Below are positions 24,281 through 37,135 of a stretch of 64,000 bases of DNA, piece after piece. Source of the stretch: Sphyrna mokarran (lineage: Eukaryota); contig JAGIQG010000025.1 of assembly GCA_024679065.1 (NCBI GenBank), positions 19,344,001-19,408,000 on the forward strand. The letters are read 5' to 3'. The notes below the pieces were generated by a model. The model was not told the origin of the DNA and did not search any database. It saw only the letters and a list, made by a program, of their open reading frames with translations. Made by a program: the position numbers and the translations under genes. Numbering within the stretch: the stretch's first letter is position 1; each line of letters opens with the position of its first letter.

Positions 24281-25734
24281 AATTGCACATAAACCAATAA
24301 CATCTTAAAAATTGACCCTTCTATTTACCCCAGCTTTCTGCTGCACTTACACTGATATTCAAAATTAGATTTAATTTTTCATTTGGCTTGATGGTAATCA
24401 GACAAAAACATTCTTTTTGGCTCAATCCAGCAATGGTTTCCATTAACATTCCTGGCTGGCATCTTGGATTCAGCATGGAATCTTGGCAAATTTACTTATC
24501 AGTCCCTGAGTTTCCGACCTTCATTTATTAGATTACCACCTTTCAACAACAGTGCCTGCATGCACCTCTACTTTTCCCCTCAAACCTAAAACTGTGCCTT
24601 TTATCGTCAATGTTTACCTTCCTTTGGAAAAAGGTGCTTGAGCCAATGCAAGTACAATTTACAGCTTATTGAGAATACCATGGTTAATAATCCTTATTTT
24701 TTTGCTTTCAGTTGTTCTGCAACCTCTTCACGTCCTACCAGTAATATCCTTCAGCTGTAGTGTGTAGACACCCCACCCATATTTCTGACTTTGCCAGGAC
24801 GTAACCTAGCCATTCTGCTTCCACATCAACCACAACTCCTGCAAATCCATCCCTCAGTTTTACCACCTCTTAACTTTTTTTTTTACTTCACTTTTCTGTC
24901 TCAGTAGTTTTTGTGACAGTGATCTTCTTAAATCATGTCTTATTGTGCTGCACAACCCCTTCCATCCACTAAATTTTAACAAATTGCTACTGATGACTAA
25001 TCTCAATTTCAATTTTTAAAAAATTGTGATTTTTTTTTTGTTGGTTTGCTTTAGACTACAGTTACAGGCTGTGGAAAAATTATATTGATCATTAAGGGAG
25101 GCATAACTGTGCTGTGTATTTCTAGAAAGAGTATAATTCCACCTATATTGAATATACTAGAATATAAACGATCTTTATGCTCTTACAAACTAAAACATAC
25201 CCATGGTTTGTGTGGGAAGCATTCAAGATGTGGATTTAGTGTTATTATTCAACAAGTATTTTAAATTACAAATAACATTGAGATTTGGTATGGAGACTAG
25301 ATTAACACAATTTACTTAAATGCTGTGCAAAAGTGAAGATGCAAATATTCTCATGGCTGGGAGTATTTTCTCAAATGTAAATGTAATCTCAATTTAACAA
25401 AAAAATGATTTGTAACTTTGCTTTAATATTATTAAAAGTATGTAGTTATTTAATAAGTTGTGACATTTTCCACATTTTACAGCTAATAAAAACATTTTTA
25501 TGGAATTTAGCCATAGTTGATGCTTTATTGAACACAGTGAATTTTGTTTGTTTGAATTTCCTTCCAACCTCTTATGAACAGGAGTTATTTCCATTCTAAA
25601 GTACTTACATCGCAGGTCTTTTGGGGCCAATAGGTCTATGCACGTATTTATAGTAAGTCTTGTCCCAACAAATTTGTGTTACAGTCCCATTCTGCAAGTT
25701 TATTTAGTTTAGAGTTTATTTATTTACTAGTATC

Positions 25735-25977
25735 ACAAGTAGGCTTATATTACCACTGCAATGAAGTTACCATGAAAATTCCCTAATCCCTACACTGTGG
25801 CACTTGTTCAGGTACAGTGAGGAGAATTTAGCATAACTAATGCACCTAGCGAATATTTCTTTCAGACTGAGAGGAAACCCTTGCACATACGGGGAGAATG
25901 TGCACACTCGCACAGACTCAAGCCAGCTCCCTGGTGCTTGTGACATAACACTACTAGCGACTGTGCCACCGTGCTGC
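25735..25977 (-). mobile_element. V-SINE
   Basis: Reverse complement of head gcagcacggtggcacagt, V core, and tail cttcattgcagtggtaatataagcctacttgtga. Confidence 0.75.
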
Positions 25978-28439
25978 TTCGTGTCTTTATTTAGTTTCAG
26001 TCCTCCTCTGTATTACCTTGGACTCCAGTGTGGTGTTACCTGTAAATTCTGAAATTGGATTGCTGATTCTGAAGATCAAATCATTTATGTAAATTGTAAA
26101 GTCATTCTAATACTGATCCTTGGGGAATCAGTGCAAGTAACTACCTTTGATCCAACTTTTTTGTAACCAACTTAAGCCATGAGTCTAATGGTACCATAAA
26201 GGATTTTTTTTTTTGGAAATCCAAATATGTCCATTGTGTTACCCATATCAACCTTTGTTGCTACTTTCCTTCCCTTTAGTAGACTTGCATGTCTTTGAAC
26301 TAATACTTACAATGTCAAGAATGGAATAACCTGCTACATCACTAGTATTGTTTTATCATGGCATTAAAGCCAGAAACCATGTGGGATGCTGACCATGCTC
26401 TCCTGTCTACTCTCAATTGGTAAATGTAATACTATTGGATGATATCATTTAGGGTAAATTCAATAATAGAATTATTGACAAATAAGATACTTTGATATGC
26501 CTCCTTTGTACCATAAATGTTCTAATTTTTCAATGTATTTTTATGTTATAATGGCAAGTAACCAGTAAGATAATATTTGAGTTGTTTGAAGAAATTATCT
26601 AGAATCTTTTTAAAGATTACCAGATCTTTCAACTGTGATTTTGATGACATGTCTGCAAAGAGTGTATTAAGTGTTTCTTCATTGCTTCAACATGGGAATA
26701 GCTAGTTAGAACTGTAATCCTGGACTTAAAATCCCACCTCTTAAACCATTTTCTGGAATTTTAAAACCTCCTCCAGTACTTAAAATATCGTGAAAATGCT
26801 GCACAATTGTTCTAATAAGCAATTTGACATTTTTTATCAAAGCCTAAAACAATCCATTTTGTCTGGAAATTGAACAGGGATCTCCCAACCCTGAGTCTCA
26901 GATAGATGACTGGAAATATCCTGAGACACAATTCATTTCTGCCCTCACTCCTTTGCCACTCTGAGTCAAATGATGAAGCCCTTATCCCTGTTGAAGCAAA
27001 TTTCCCCCTTTATACCTTTACCTTTCCTACCTTTGCCTTGTCTCCTTCCTTTCTTTAAATCTCCTTTCCTCAACCTATCTCAGCGCCACTACTGCTGACT
27101 CTCCATTTCACTTTTCCACTTTTCCTCCTTTCTTCCCTTTACACCCAAATTATATAAGCAACCATCTTGTTTATTCCAGAAATAGAGCATAGTTTTATTT
27201 TGTTAGCTTTTAAAATTTGCATCACCTTAAAAAGGCAACACTTAAGTTTCTTCATTAAGAAAGAGTGGGGAAATCAGATAAATAAAATGTTGTACATAAT
27301 CTAACATTATTTGTGACCCTGTAACTACATTCCAGAGTTGGTAGTTACAAAAATCTTTTATTTCAATGTTTTACTGTTCCTATTGATTAATTTTGGCTTT
27401 AACTTTGCTTGTTCCATCTTGAAATGTTGCAGTGAGTTCTTGATCTCAACTGAGAAGGCAGTATGTTTATGTCGAGGATGTACCATTGTTGTACTCATGA
27501 TAAGAGCCAATTCAAGTATGATGTTGAGAACTGATCTGGAAGAGTCCGTTTGCCTGCCTTCTGTGCAAAAAGCTTTCACATTAACAAGCTCAGAAACTGA
27601 AGGAAAATGATATTGAAAAGTTGACACCTCAGTTAGAACTTAAACACCTACAAAAGAATGGGAGTCCCATGCAGTGTAATGATTCACTTTTAAATTATCT
27701 ATGTTTTATATATGGTACATCTACATTCTAAATATAGTTATTCTTCACTTCCACTAGGTTTGCAAAAGAAATTTTATTTTTCAGCTATGGGTTATCATTA
27801 TGATGTTATCTGTTTTTCTGATGAGATAAACATTAGTTGAAGTCAATCTGTGCAGAATGTTATATCTTATTTGATCAGTGTGAGTAATATATGCTCCTGA
27901 ACTGCAGTGAGTCGTTGGTAAACTGTTTGAGAATGTAATAAGAACAATATGAATCATCCACAGAATAAATGATGTACATTGAAATTGTAATACTGGCATC
28001 CCTAGTTTGAAAGAGTGTTTAGAATAATAGCATTATGAAGCCATTTTAAAGACACTCACAATTCCACTAATTTCATTTTGATGTATAATTTCCCTTCCTT
28101 TCTTTTTACTCTTTGAATTTGGCTGGAAATGACCACAAAACATTTGTTTTCAATAAATGCCTCTCTATATTGTAATTTGTCTTAATTTTAATGTAAGTCA
28201 TATCAGAGAAGAAGAAGAAAATAAGAATGTGCAGCAAGAAAACATTTGGCAATTTCCAAAGCTGGCACCAGCGCACAGAGATATCTTGCGAGCTGTCCCC
28301 AGCATACCTTCTAATTCTATCTTTTACTCTCATTTTGTGCTTTTAAAACTGTTCTCTAACTCTTTCAAATTCCCTAACAATGCTCTATTTCTACGATTGT
28401 AAAACTACATTCCACTCCCTCTCTTTCCCTTCTCCCCTA

Positions 28440-28705
28440 GGCAGCATAGTGACAAAGTGTTTAGTGCTGATGCCTCACAGAACCAGAGACTTGGATTTGA
28501 TTCCTGGCTTGGGTAATTGTGTGGAATTTGTGTTCTCCCATGTAAGCATCAGTTTCCTCCCATACTCTGAAAGATGTATGGATTGGCTATGCTACATTCT
28601 CCTTCAGTGTACCCGACCAAGTGCCAGTGTGTGGTGACTAGGGGATTTTCACAGTTACTTCATTGCAGTGTTAATATAAGCTGACTAGTGACTAATAAAT
28701 AAATT
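28440..28705 (+). mobile_element. V-SINE
   Basis: ggcagcatagtg head; tail gactaggggattttcacagttacttcattgcagtgttaat...aataaataaa. Confidence 0.75.
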
Positions 28706-30782
28706 TTTAACTTTATGTACTCTATGAATGGCATGTTTTGTCTCACAATGTGTAAGAAACAATACTTTTCACTGTATCCCAATACATGTGACAATAATAA
28801 ATCAAATCCTCTTCCCTATCATCAGCTGGTCATTAACTAAGGCCTCTCTCTGTATGAACTATTTTTCATCTCTCTCTATGAACTATTTTTCATCTCTCTC
28901 TGTTTCGCTCTCAACCATTTTCAGTCTACTCCGTGATTGTTTACTGTGTGAGCTACTCTTTAAGGAGTTTCCTTGTTCAAAAAAAAGTGGCTAAAGCTAA
29001 TCACTCTAACTACAGGCCAGTCAATTTAACTTCAGTGGTGGCAACTTTCTAGAAACAATAATTCAGAACACAATTAATAGTCACATGGACAAATGCAGGT
29101 TAAATAAAAAGCAGTATGATTTTCTTTAGGGAAAAGTTCAACTAACTTGCTCAAGTTTTTGAAGGGATAACAAAAAGGTTGATGAAGGTGAAGCTATTAT
29201 TATAGTGTACATGGACTTCCACAAGGTGTTTGATAAAATGCCACACAACAGCCTTGTGAGAAAAGTTCCAGCTCATGAAATAAAAGGAACTGTAGCAATG
29301 TCAATATGGAATTGACTAAGTGATGAGAAACAAATAGGAGTTGGTAATAGATTTTATTTGGGCTGGAGGAGGTTTTATGGTGGTGTTCCCAAGAGTTCAG
29401 TATTGTAACTGTTTTTTTTTTATGTATATTAATGACATAGATTTTGATGCACAGGACACAATTTCAAAGTTTGCAGATAATTTGGAAGCATTGCGAACTG
29501 TGAGAATAACAGTGATGAACTCCAAAAGGGCAGACGTGTTGGTGGAATAGGTGAACAGATTGCAGATGAAGTTCAATTCAGAGAAACATGAAGTGATTAA
29601 TTTTGGTAGGAGAAGTGATATAAACTAAATGGGGCAACTCCCTAAAAGGTGTACAGGGAATGTTTATGTATCTCAAAACATAAGAAATAGAGGGAGGAGG
29701 CAACCTAGCCCCTCGAGCCTGTCTTGCCATTCAATACAATCTGATCTGGTAGTGGTTCAGTTCCACTTATCCACCTGGTCCCCATGACCCTTACTTCCCT
29801 TATTGATCAGAAATCTAACCATCTGTGACTTAAACATATTTAATGAGGTAGCCTCCGCTGCTTTAATGGGCAGAGAATTCCAAAGATTCACTACCCTCTG
29901 AGAGAGATTCCTCCTCAACTCTGTTCTATGTTGACTGCCCATTATTTTGAGACTGTGCCCTCTACTTGTTTCCTTTCTAAGTGGGAATAATCTCTCTGTC
30001 TCTACCCTGTGTAGCCCCTTCGTTATCTTATATATCTCAATAAGATGTCCCCTCAGCCTTCAAAACTCCAATGAGTACAGGCCTAATCTACTCAATCTCT
30101 TCTCATAAGCTAACCCCGTCATCTCTGATATCAACTTGGTGAACCTTCTCTGCACTTCCTCCCAGGCCAAAAAAATCATTTCGCAAATAAGGTAACCAAA
30201 ATTGCACACAGTACTCTAGCTGTGGCCTCACAAGTACCTTGTACGATTATAGCAAGACCTCCCTGCTTTTATACTCCATTCCCCTCGTGAGAAAGACCAA
30301 CATTCCATTTGCCTTCTTGATCATCTGCAAACTGAGCTTTTGTGATTCATGCACAAGGACCCCCAGGTCCAGCATGGTGTAATTTTTCACCATTTAAATA
30401 ATAGTCCATTTTACTATTATTCCTTCCAAAGTGGATAACCTCACACTTGCCAATGTTATACTCTGTCTGCCAGATCCTTGCCCGCTCACTTAGCCTATCC
30501 AAATCTCTCTGTAGACTTTCCGCATCCTCCACGCAATTCACTTTCCCACTCATCTTCGTGTCATCAGCAAACTTTGTTACCCTACACTTAGTTCCCTCCT
30601 CCAGATCGTCAACATATATGGTAAACAGTTGAGGCCCCAGCACCAATCCCTGCAGCACACCACTAGTCACCAACTGCCAACTGGAAAAGCATCCATTTAT
30701 TCCAACTCTCTGCTTCCTGTTAGATACAGTAAGAAGTCTGGCAACACCAGGTTAAAGTCCAATCAGTTTATTTGATAGTAAT

Positions 30783-30825
30783 CCCACAAGCTTTCGGAAA
30801 CGGTGTTCCTTTGTCAGGTGTGTGG
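30783..30825 (-). ncRNA. Hammerhead motif with core mutation (CTGACAA)
   Basis: Minus strand cac-CTGACAA-aggaacaccgtttcc-GAAA-gc-TT-gtggg; G8>A relative to the 34575 copy. Confidence 0.55.
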
Positions 30826-31224
30826 AAGGTTCTGATCAGAGAAGGGCATATAAAGTCACACACTGTTTACAGAATACTGATTAGAATGCAAGTCTTTACA
30901 ATTAACTTGCTATTCAAGTCTGAAAGATGCAGACAATGTGAATGGGGATAGCATTGGCATAGGTTACAGAGATGTGCACTGTCTCCAGACAGGACAGTAA
31001 GTGAGATTTTACAAGCCCTGGCAAGTCCTAGAGCTTACATATAGTGCGACATAAACCCAAGATCCCAGTTGAGGCCATCCTTATGTGTGTGGAACTTGGC
31101 TATCAGTCTCTGCTCAACGACTCTGCGCTGTCATGTGTTGTGAAGGCCGCCTTGGAGAACACTTACCCAAAGATCAGAGACCAAATGCCTGTAACCACTG
31201 AAATGGTCACATTTCACATTTGAA

Positions 31225-32563
31225 ATGGGCAAAGTATTGGAGAGAATTATTAGGGATAGGATTTATAGTTATTTAGAGAGAAATGAATTGATTGGGGATA
31301 GTCAGCATGGTTTTGTGAAGGGTAGGTCGTGCCTTACTAACCTTATAGAGTTTTTTGAAAAAGTGACCAAAGAGGTGGATGGGGGTAAGGCGGTTGATGT
31401 GGTATATATGGACTTTAGTAAGGCGTTCGATAAGGTGGCCCATGGAAGGCTTCTGCAGAAAATGCAGATGTATGGGATAGAGGGTGATTTAGCTAATTGG
31501 ATTAGGAATTGGCTAGCAGATAGAAGACAGAGGGTGGTGGTTGATGGGAGATATTCATCGTGGAGTTCGGTTACAAGTGGTGTACCTCAGGGGTCTGTTT
31601 TGGGGCCCCTGCTGTTTGTAATTTTTATAAATGATCTGGATGAGGGTATTGAAGGATGGATTAGTAAATTTGCAGATGACACTAAAGTCGGTGGAGTGGT
31701 AGATAGTGAAGAGGGGTGTTATAGTTTGCAGAGAGACTTGGACAAGTTGCAGAGCTGGGCCGAGAGGTGGCAAATGGAGTTTAATGTGGAAAAGTGTGAG
31801 GTAATTCACTTTGGCAGGAATAACAAATGTGTAGAGTATAGGGCTAATGGTAGGATTCTTAATAGTGTTGATGAACAGAGGGATCTTGGTGTATATGTGC
31901 ATAGATCCCTGAAAGTAGGCAGTCAAGTCGATAAGGTTGTTAAGAAGGCATATGGAGTCTTAGCTTTTATTGGTAGGGGGATTGAATTTCGGAGCCGCAA
32001 CGTCATGTTGCAACTGTACAAAACTCTAGTGCGGCCGCACTTGGAGTATTGTGTGCAGTTCTGGTCCCCACATTATAAGAAAGATGTGGAGGCATTGGAG
32101 AGGGTACAGAGGAGGTTTACCAGGATGTTGCCTGGTATGGAGGGCAGGTCTTATGAAGAGAGGCTGAGGGATTTGAGGTTGTTTTCGTTAGAAAGAAGGC
32201 GGCTAAGAGGAGACCTTATTGAAACATATAAGATGATTAGAGGTTTAGATAGGGTGGACAGTGATAGCCTTTTTCCTAGGATGGAGAAAGCTAGCACGAG
32301 GGGACATAGTTTTAAGTTGAGGTGTGGTAGTTATAGGATGGATATCAGAGGTAGGTTCTTTACCCAAAGGTTGGTTAAAGTATGGAATGCCCTGCCTGCA
32401 GCACTTGTAGATGCGCCAAGTTTGGTGGCGTTTAAGAGGTTAGTAGATAAGTTTATGGACGAAAAGGGAATGGTTTAGTTTGGAGGGTCATGGCTTTTTC
32501 CTAATTGGTCGGCGCAACATCGAAGGCCGAAGGGCCTGTTCTGCGCTGTAATGTTCAATGTTC
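31225..32563 (+). mobile_element. Very young 5'-truncated CR1 LINE with an uninterrupted 417-aa RT C-terminal ORF
   Basis: ORF 31225-32478 without stops or frameshifts (QHGF, SCLTNL, GVPQGSVLGP, KFADD); tail aggccgaagggcctgttctgcgctgta(atgttca)(atgttc). Confidence 0.95.
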
Positions 32564-34574
32564 GCCAACAGGAAGGGAATGGTCTTGCCTGGTGATTGTT
32601 GAGTGACATTCATTCATCCGTTGTCGTAGTGTCTGCCTGGTCTCTCCAATGTACCATGCTTTGCGATATCCTTTCCTGCAGCGTATTTGGTAAACAAGTT
32701 GGCCGAGTTGCAAGAGTATGTGCCATGTACCTAGTGGATGGTGTTCTCACGTGAGATGATGTCATCCACGTCGATAATCTGGCATGTCTTGCAGAGGTTG
32801 CTGTGGCAAGGTTGTGTGGTGTTGTGGTCACTGTTCTCCTGAAGGCTGGGTAGTTTGCTGCGAACAACAGTGTGTTTGAGGTTGTGTGGTTGTTTGATGG
32901 CAAGAAGTGGGGGTGTGGGGATGACCCTGGCGAGATGTTCGTCTTCATCAATGGCGTGTTGAAGACTCTGGAGAAGATGTCGTAGCTTCACCACTCCAGA
33001 GAAGATGTCGTAGCTTCACCGCTCCGGAGAAGTACTGGACGACGAAGAGTAGTCTGTCCACTGTGTCCCACAGTGCAGAGGTCAGTGTGATTTTTCTCTG
33101 TGGCGCATCGAAACTGTAAAATGATGAGTCGAGCGCCATATCCTGTTCTTGTGAGAGCATCTTTCAGCATCTGGAGGTGTCTGTTGTAATCCTCCTCGTC
33201 TGAGCAGATCCTGTGTGTACGGAACGCTTGTCCATAGGGGATGGCTCCTTTAACATGTTTAGGGTGGAAGCTGGACAAGTGGAACATTGTGAGGTTATCT
33301 GTGGGCTTGTGATACAGTGAGATGATGAAGTGACTGTGCTTGATGAAGATGTATGTGTCGAAGAATGTCACCAATTCCAGAGAATAGTCCATGGTGAGTC
33401 TGATGGTGGGATGGAACTTGTTGGCGTCATTATATAGTTATTTCAGTGATTGTTCATCAATCAAGGATGGTCATTTCAGCACCTCATTGTACCGCAAGCC
33501 CACAAATAACATCACAATGCTCCATTTCTCCAGCTTCCACCCTAAACACATTAAAGAAGCCATCCCTTATGGACAAGCCCTCCATATACACAGGATCTGC
33601 TCAGATGAGGAGGATCGTGACAGACATCTCCAGACGCTGAAAGATGCCCTCATAAGAACAGGATATGCGCTAAACTCATTGATCGACAGTTCCAACGCGC
33701 CACAGTGAAAAATCGCACCAACTTCCTCAGAAGACAAACACAGAACACAGTGGACTGACAGATACCCTTCATTGTCCAATTCTTCCCCAGAGCAGAGAAG
33801 CTATGACATCTTCTCCGGAGTATTGAACACTTCATTAATGAAGATGAGCATCTCACCAGAGCTATCCCCACACCCTACTTCGTGCCTTCAAACAACTACA
33901 CAACCTCAAACAGACTGTTGTTTGCAGCAAACTACCCAGCCTTCAGGAGAACAGTGACCACAACACCACACAATCCAGACACAGCAACCTCTGCAAGACA
34001 TGCCGGATTATTAACATGGATGACATCATCTCACGTGAGAACACCATCCACCAGGTACACGGCACATACTCTTGCAACTCGGCCAACATTGTCTACCTGA
34101 TACGTTGCAGGAAAGGATGTCCCAAAGCATGATACATTGGAGAGACCATGCAGACGCTATGACAATGGATGAATGAACATCGCTTCCTGTTGGGGAACAC
34201 TTCAGTGGTCATGGGCAGTTGGCCTCTGGCCTTCGGTTAAGCGTTCTCCAAGGCGGTCTTTACGACGCATGGCACAGAATCGTTGAGCAGAGACTGATAG
34301 CCAAGTTCCACACACATGAGGATGGCCTCAACCAGAATCTTGGGTTCATTTTGCACTATCTGTAACCCCCATGACTTGCTTGGGCTTGTAAAATCTCAGT
34401 TACTGTCCTGTCTGGAGACAATACACATCTCTGTAACCTATGCTAATGCTGTCTCCACTCACATTGTCTATATCTTTAAGACTTGAATAGCAAGTTAGCT
34501 GTGAAGACTTGCATTCTAATCAGTATTTTGTAAACTGTGTGTGACTTTATATGCCCATCTTTGATCAGAACCCT

Positions 34575-34617
34575 CCACACACCTGACGAAGGAACACCAT
34601 TTCCGAAAGCTTGTGGG
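34575..34617 (+). ncRNA. Minimal type I hammerhead ribozyme in the Penelope pLTR
   Basis: cac-CTGACGA-a-GGAA caccat TTCC-GAAA-gc-TT-gtg; stem I CAC/GTG, stem II GGAA/TTCC, palindromic AAGCTT stem III. Confidence 0.75.
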
Positions 34618-35609
34618 ATTACTATCAAATAAACTGGTTGGACTTTAACTTATTACTGTGTTTACCACAGTCCAAAGCAGCATCTCTACATCATGACTGC
34701 ATCCTGTTAGATAGCCAATCCTCAATCCATGCTAACACTTTACCCCCAACTCTATGTACCTTAATCTTTTGCAGCAACCTTTTGTGAGGCACCTTATCCA
34801 ACACCTTCTGGAAGCCAAGGTGTTGGATAAAAACACCACATCTATTGGTTCCCCTCTGTCAACTGCACTCGTTACATCTTCATAAAAATCTAGTAAATTT
34901 GTCAAACATGACTGTAAGTCAGTTCATATGACAGGACAGGTTGAGAGAGTGATTAATAAAGCATGCAGTATAATCGACACAGGGGCACATAGAGTATAAA
35001 AGCAAGGAGGATTTATTTGACCTTGTGTAATTCACTAGTTTGGCCTCAGCATTGTATCCAATTCGGGGGACAATACTTTCGGAAGGATGTGAAGGTATTA
35101 GAGAAGGGGCAGAAAAGATTCATGAGAATTCCAGCAATGAGGAAATTCAGACATGAAAATAGACGGGAAAGTAAGAACTGTTTTCCATGGAGAAAAGTAG
35201 GTTGAGAGGATATCTAATAGAGGTGTTCAAAATCATGAGAGATCTGGTCAGGGTAGATGGAGAGAAACTGTTCCTACTCGTAAAAGGATCAAGATGAAAA
35301 AACACAGATTTAAAGTAATTAGTGATGTAAATAAAAACTTGTTCACACAATGGACGGTTGGAGTGATGATGAAGGCAGCTTCAATTGAAACATTCAAAAA
35401 GGAATTAGACTGTTATCTGAAAAGGAAGAATGTGCAGGATAATGAAGCGAAAGCTGAGAAATGGAACTAAGTGAGTTGGTCAATCAGAGAACTAGTGCTG
35501 ACATGATAGGTCTTCCTTCTATGCTAGAACAATTCTGTAATTCCAAATAAAGTTCAAAATACTCCCCCTTCTCTTACAAAGGAAATTAACATGCATATAA
35601 AGAAATTAA

Positions 35610-35965
35610 AAAGGCTTGCATTTATGTGGAAGCTTTCACAACCTTTGGATATCCCAAGGTATTTTACAGCCAATGATATAAATTTGAAGAGTAGTCACTA
35701 TTGTAATGTAGGGAATGCTGCAGCCAATTTGTATATAGCAATTTCCACAAACAAGAATGTGATAAACTAATACATAATCCATATCTTACAGATTTTGATT
35801 GAGATATAAATGTTGATTGGGATATCAGGAATAACAATCCTGTCCTTCTTTAAAATAGCGTTGTAGAATCTTTTATGTCCATCTAAGAGAGCTGACAAAG
35901 CCTGAGTTTAACATCTCATCGAAAAGATGACACCCAATAGTACAATGCTTTGTGATATTGTACTG
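35610..35965 (-). mobile_element. Deu-domain SINE
   Basis: Reverse complement of gtgtcatcttttcgatgagatgttaaac...aagaaggacaggattgttattcctg and tail ataaatgcaagcc. Confidence 0.65.
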
Positions 35966-36144
35966 CTGATGATGAAATGTTTTCCTATATCCAGTAGCTC
36001 TCAAGTCAATAGTTGAACACATATCCATTTTTATAGTTATCCATTTTGTGTGTGTGTGTATGTGTGCACATGTGCACATGATTGTGTTTTTATACCCCTT
36101 AAAGTAAAGTTGATAGATAGGTAACCAGTTGGGCAGAATATAGA

Positions 36145-37135
36145 TAGGCTTACATTTATATAGTGCCTTTCATTGTCTTACATCCTAAGCATGTTACAGC
36201 TAATGGAGCACTTTTTGAAGTGTAACCACTTGTCCTAATGCAGGAAGCACAAAAATTTGCACACAGTGAGTGCCACAAAGAGCAGTGTGAGGTAAAGCAA
36301 TATTGATAAATATTGGCGAGGATAATGGGGATAACACTAAGATAAAAGCAAATTAATGTGGATACTGGAATCTGAAACAAATACAAAAAATGCTGAAAAA
36401 CCTCAGCAGCTCTGACAATATCTTGGAGAGATAATGCGTGTAGTGAATGATTTGATTTGATTTATTGTTGTCACATATATTGGGATATAATGAAAGGTAT
36501 TTTTTCTTGCGCTCTAGACAGACAAGATGTGGAGATGCAGGCTTTGGACTGGGGTGGACCCAGTAAGAAATCTCTTAACTCTAGGTTAAAGTCCAATAGG
36601 TTTATTTGGAATCACAAGCACTATTCCTTCATCAGGTCAGTCATGATGAAGGAACAGTGTTCTGAAAGCTCGTGATTCCAAATCAACCCATTGGACTTTA
36701 ACCTGGTGTGATGAGACTTTTTACTCTATTCATATTATTTAGAGTACATAGGGGAGAAGGTAAGCAGAGGATGCAGAATATAATGTTACAGTCACAGCTG
36801 ATAAAGATCAGCTTAATATAAGATAGGTTCATTCAAAAGTCTGATAGCAGCAGGGAAGAAGCTGTTCTTGAGCTTGATGACCACTGTTCTCCACAAATGC
36901 TGTCAGATCTGCTGAAATTTTCCAGCATTTTCTTTAACGCCGGTAACAGCCTTGGCTCTTGAAATAGTGCTTTTGGATCTTTTTTACCTGACAGACAGGG
37001 CCTCAGTATTAACAAGACGGCACCCTCGACAATAGCGCTCTCTCCAGCAACGAACTGGAGTGTTAGCCTACAGATGTTCGTGCTCAAGCCTCTCGACTGA
37101 GATTTGGACCCGTGACCCCCTAATTCAGAGAGCTA
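36145..37135 (-). mobile_element. Deu-domain SINE interrupted by several short inserts (Rex/Babar-like end, Penelope termini)
   Basis: SINE tail at 36145-36340 and head at 36940-37135; inserts include (tgatt)n tail at 36447-36465. Confidence 0.55.
36526..36725. mobile_element. Penelope pLTR fold-back mini-element with degenerate hammerhead (36642-36674)
   Basis: Inverted arms 36562-36635/36644-36725; catgatgaaggaacagtgttctgaaagctcgtg. Confidence 0.75.

Larger units (their letters stand above)
30727..34696. mobile_element. Inverted (palindromic) Penelope-like element pair: minus arm 30727-about 33454, plus arm about 33455-34696
   Basis: SLYRKPTN, HPKHIKEAIPYGQAL, CSDEED and GIY-YIG-region motifs on both strands; TSD ctgc(t/a)tcctgttagata 30710-30726/34697-34713. 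Confidence 0.9.
29675..34912 (-). mobile_element. CR1 LINE (29675-30726 and 34697-34912) inserted into the old CR1
   Basis: ORF 30347-30673 GVLQGLVLGPQLFTIYVDD...TKFADD; tail at 29675; split by the Penelope insertion with a 17-bp TSD. Confidence 0.85.
28985..35540 (+). mobile_element. Old CR1 LINE (28985-29674 and 34913-35540), host of a nested stack
   Basis: NYRPVNLTSVV...ISKFAD on the left resumes as ...WPQHCIQF...FRKDVKVLE on the right. Confidence 0.8.

Noticed and set aside
28845-28900. 24-bp tandem duplication; similar 17-bp (16502-16535) and 28-bp (32971-33026) duplications
   Set aside because: Ordinary slippage duplications; no spacers, so not CRISPR-like
31225-32478. 417-aa ORF as a host gene or domesticated RT
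   Set aside because: It is a 5'-truncated CR1 with its tail; intactness is explained by youth
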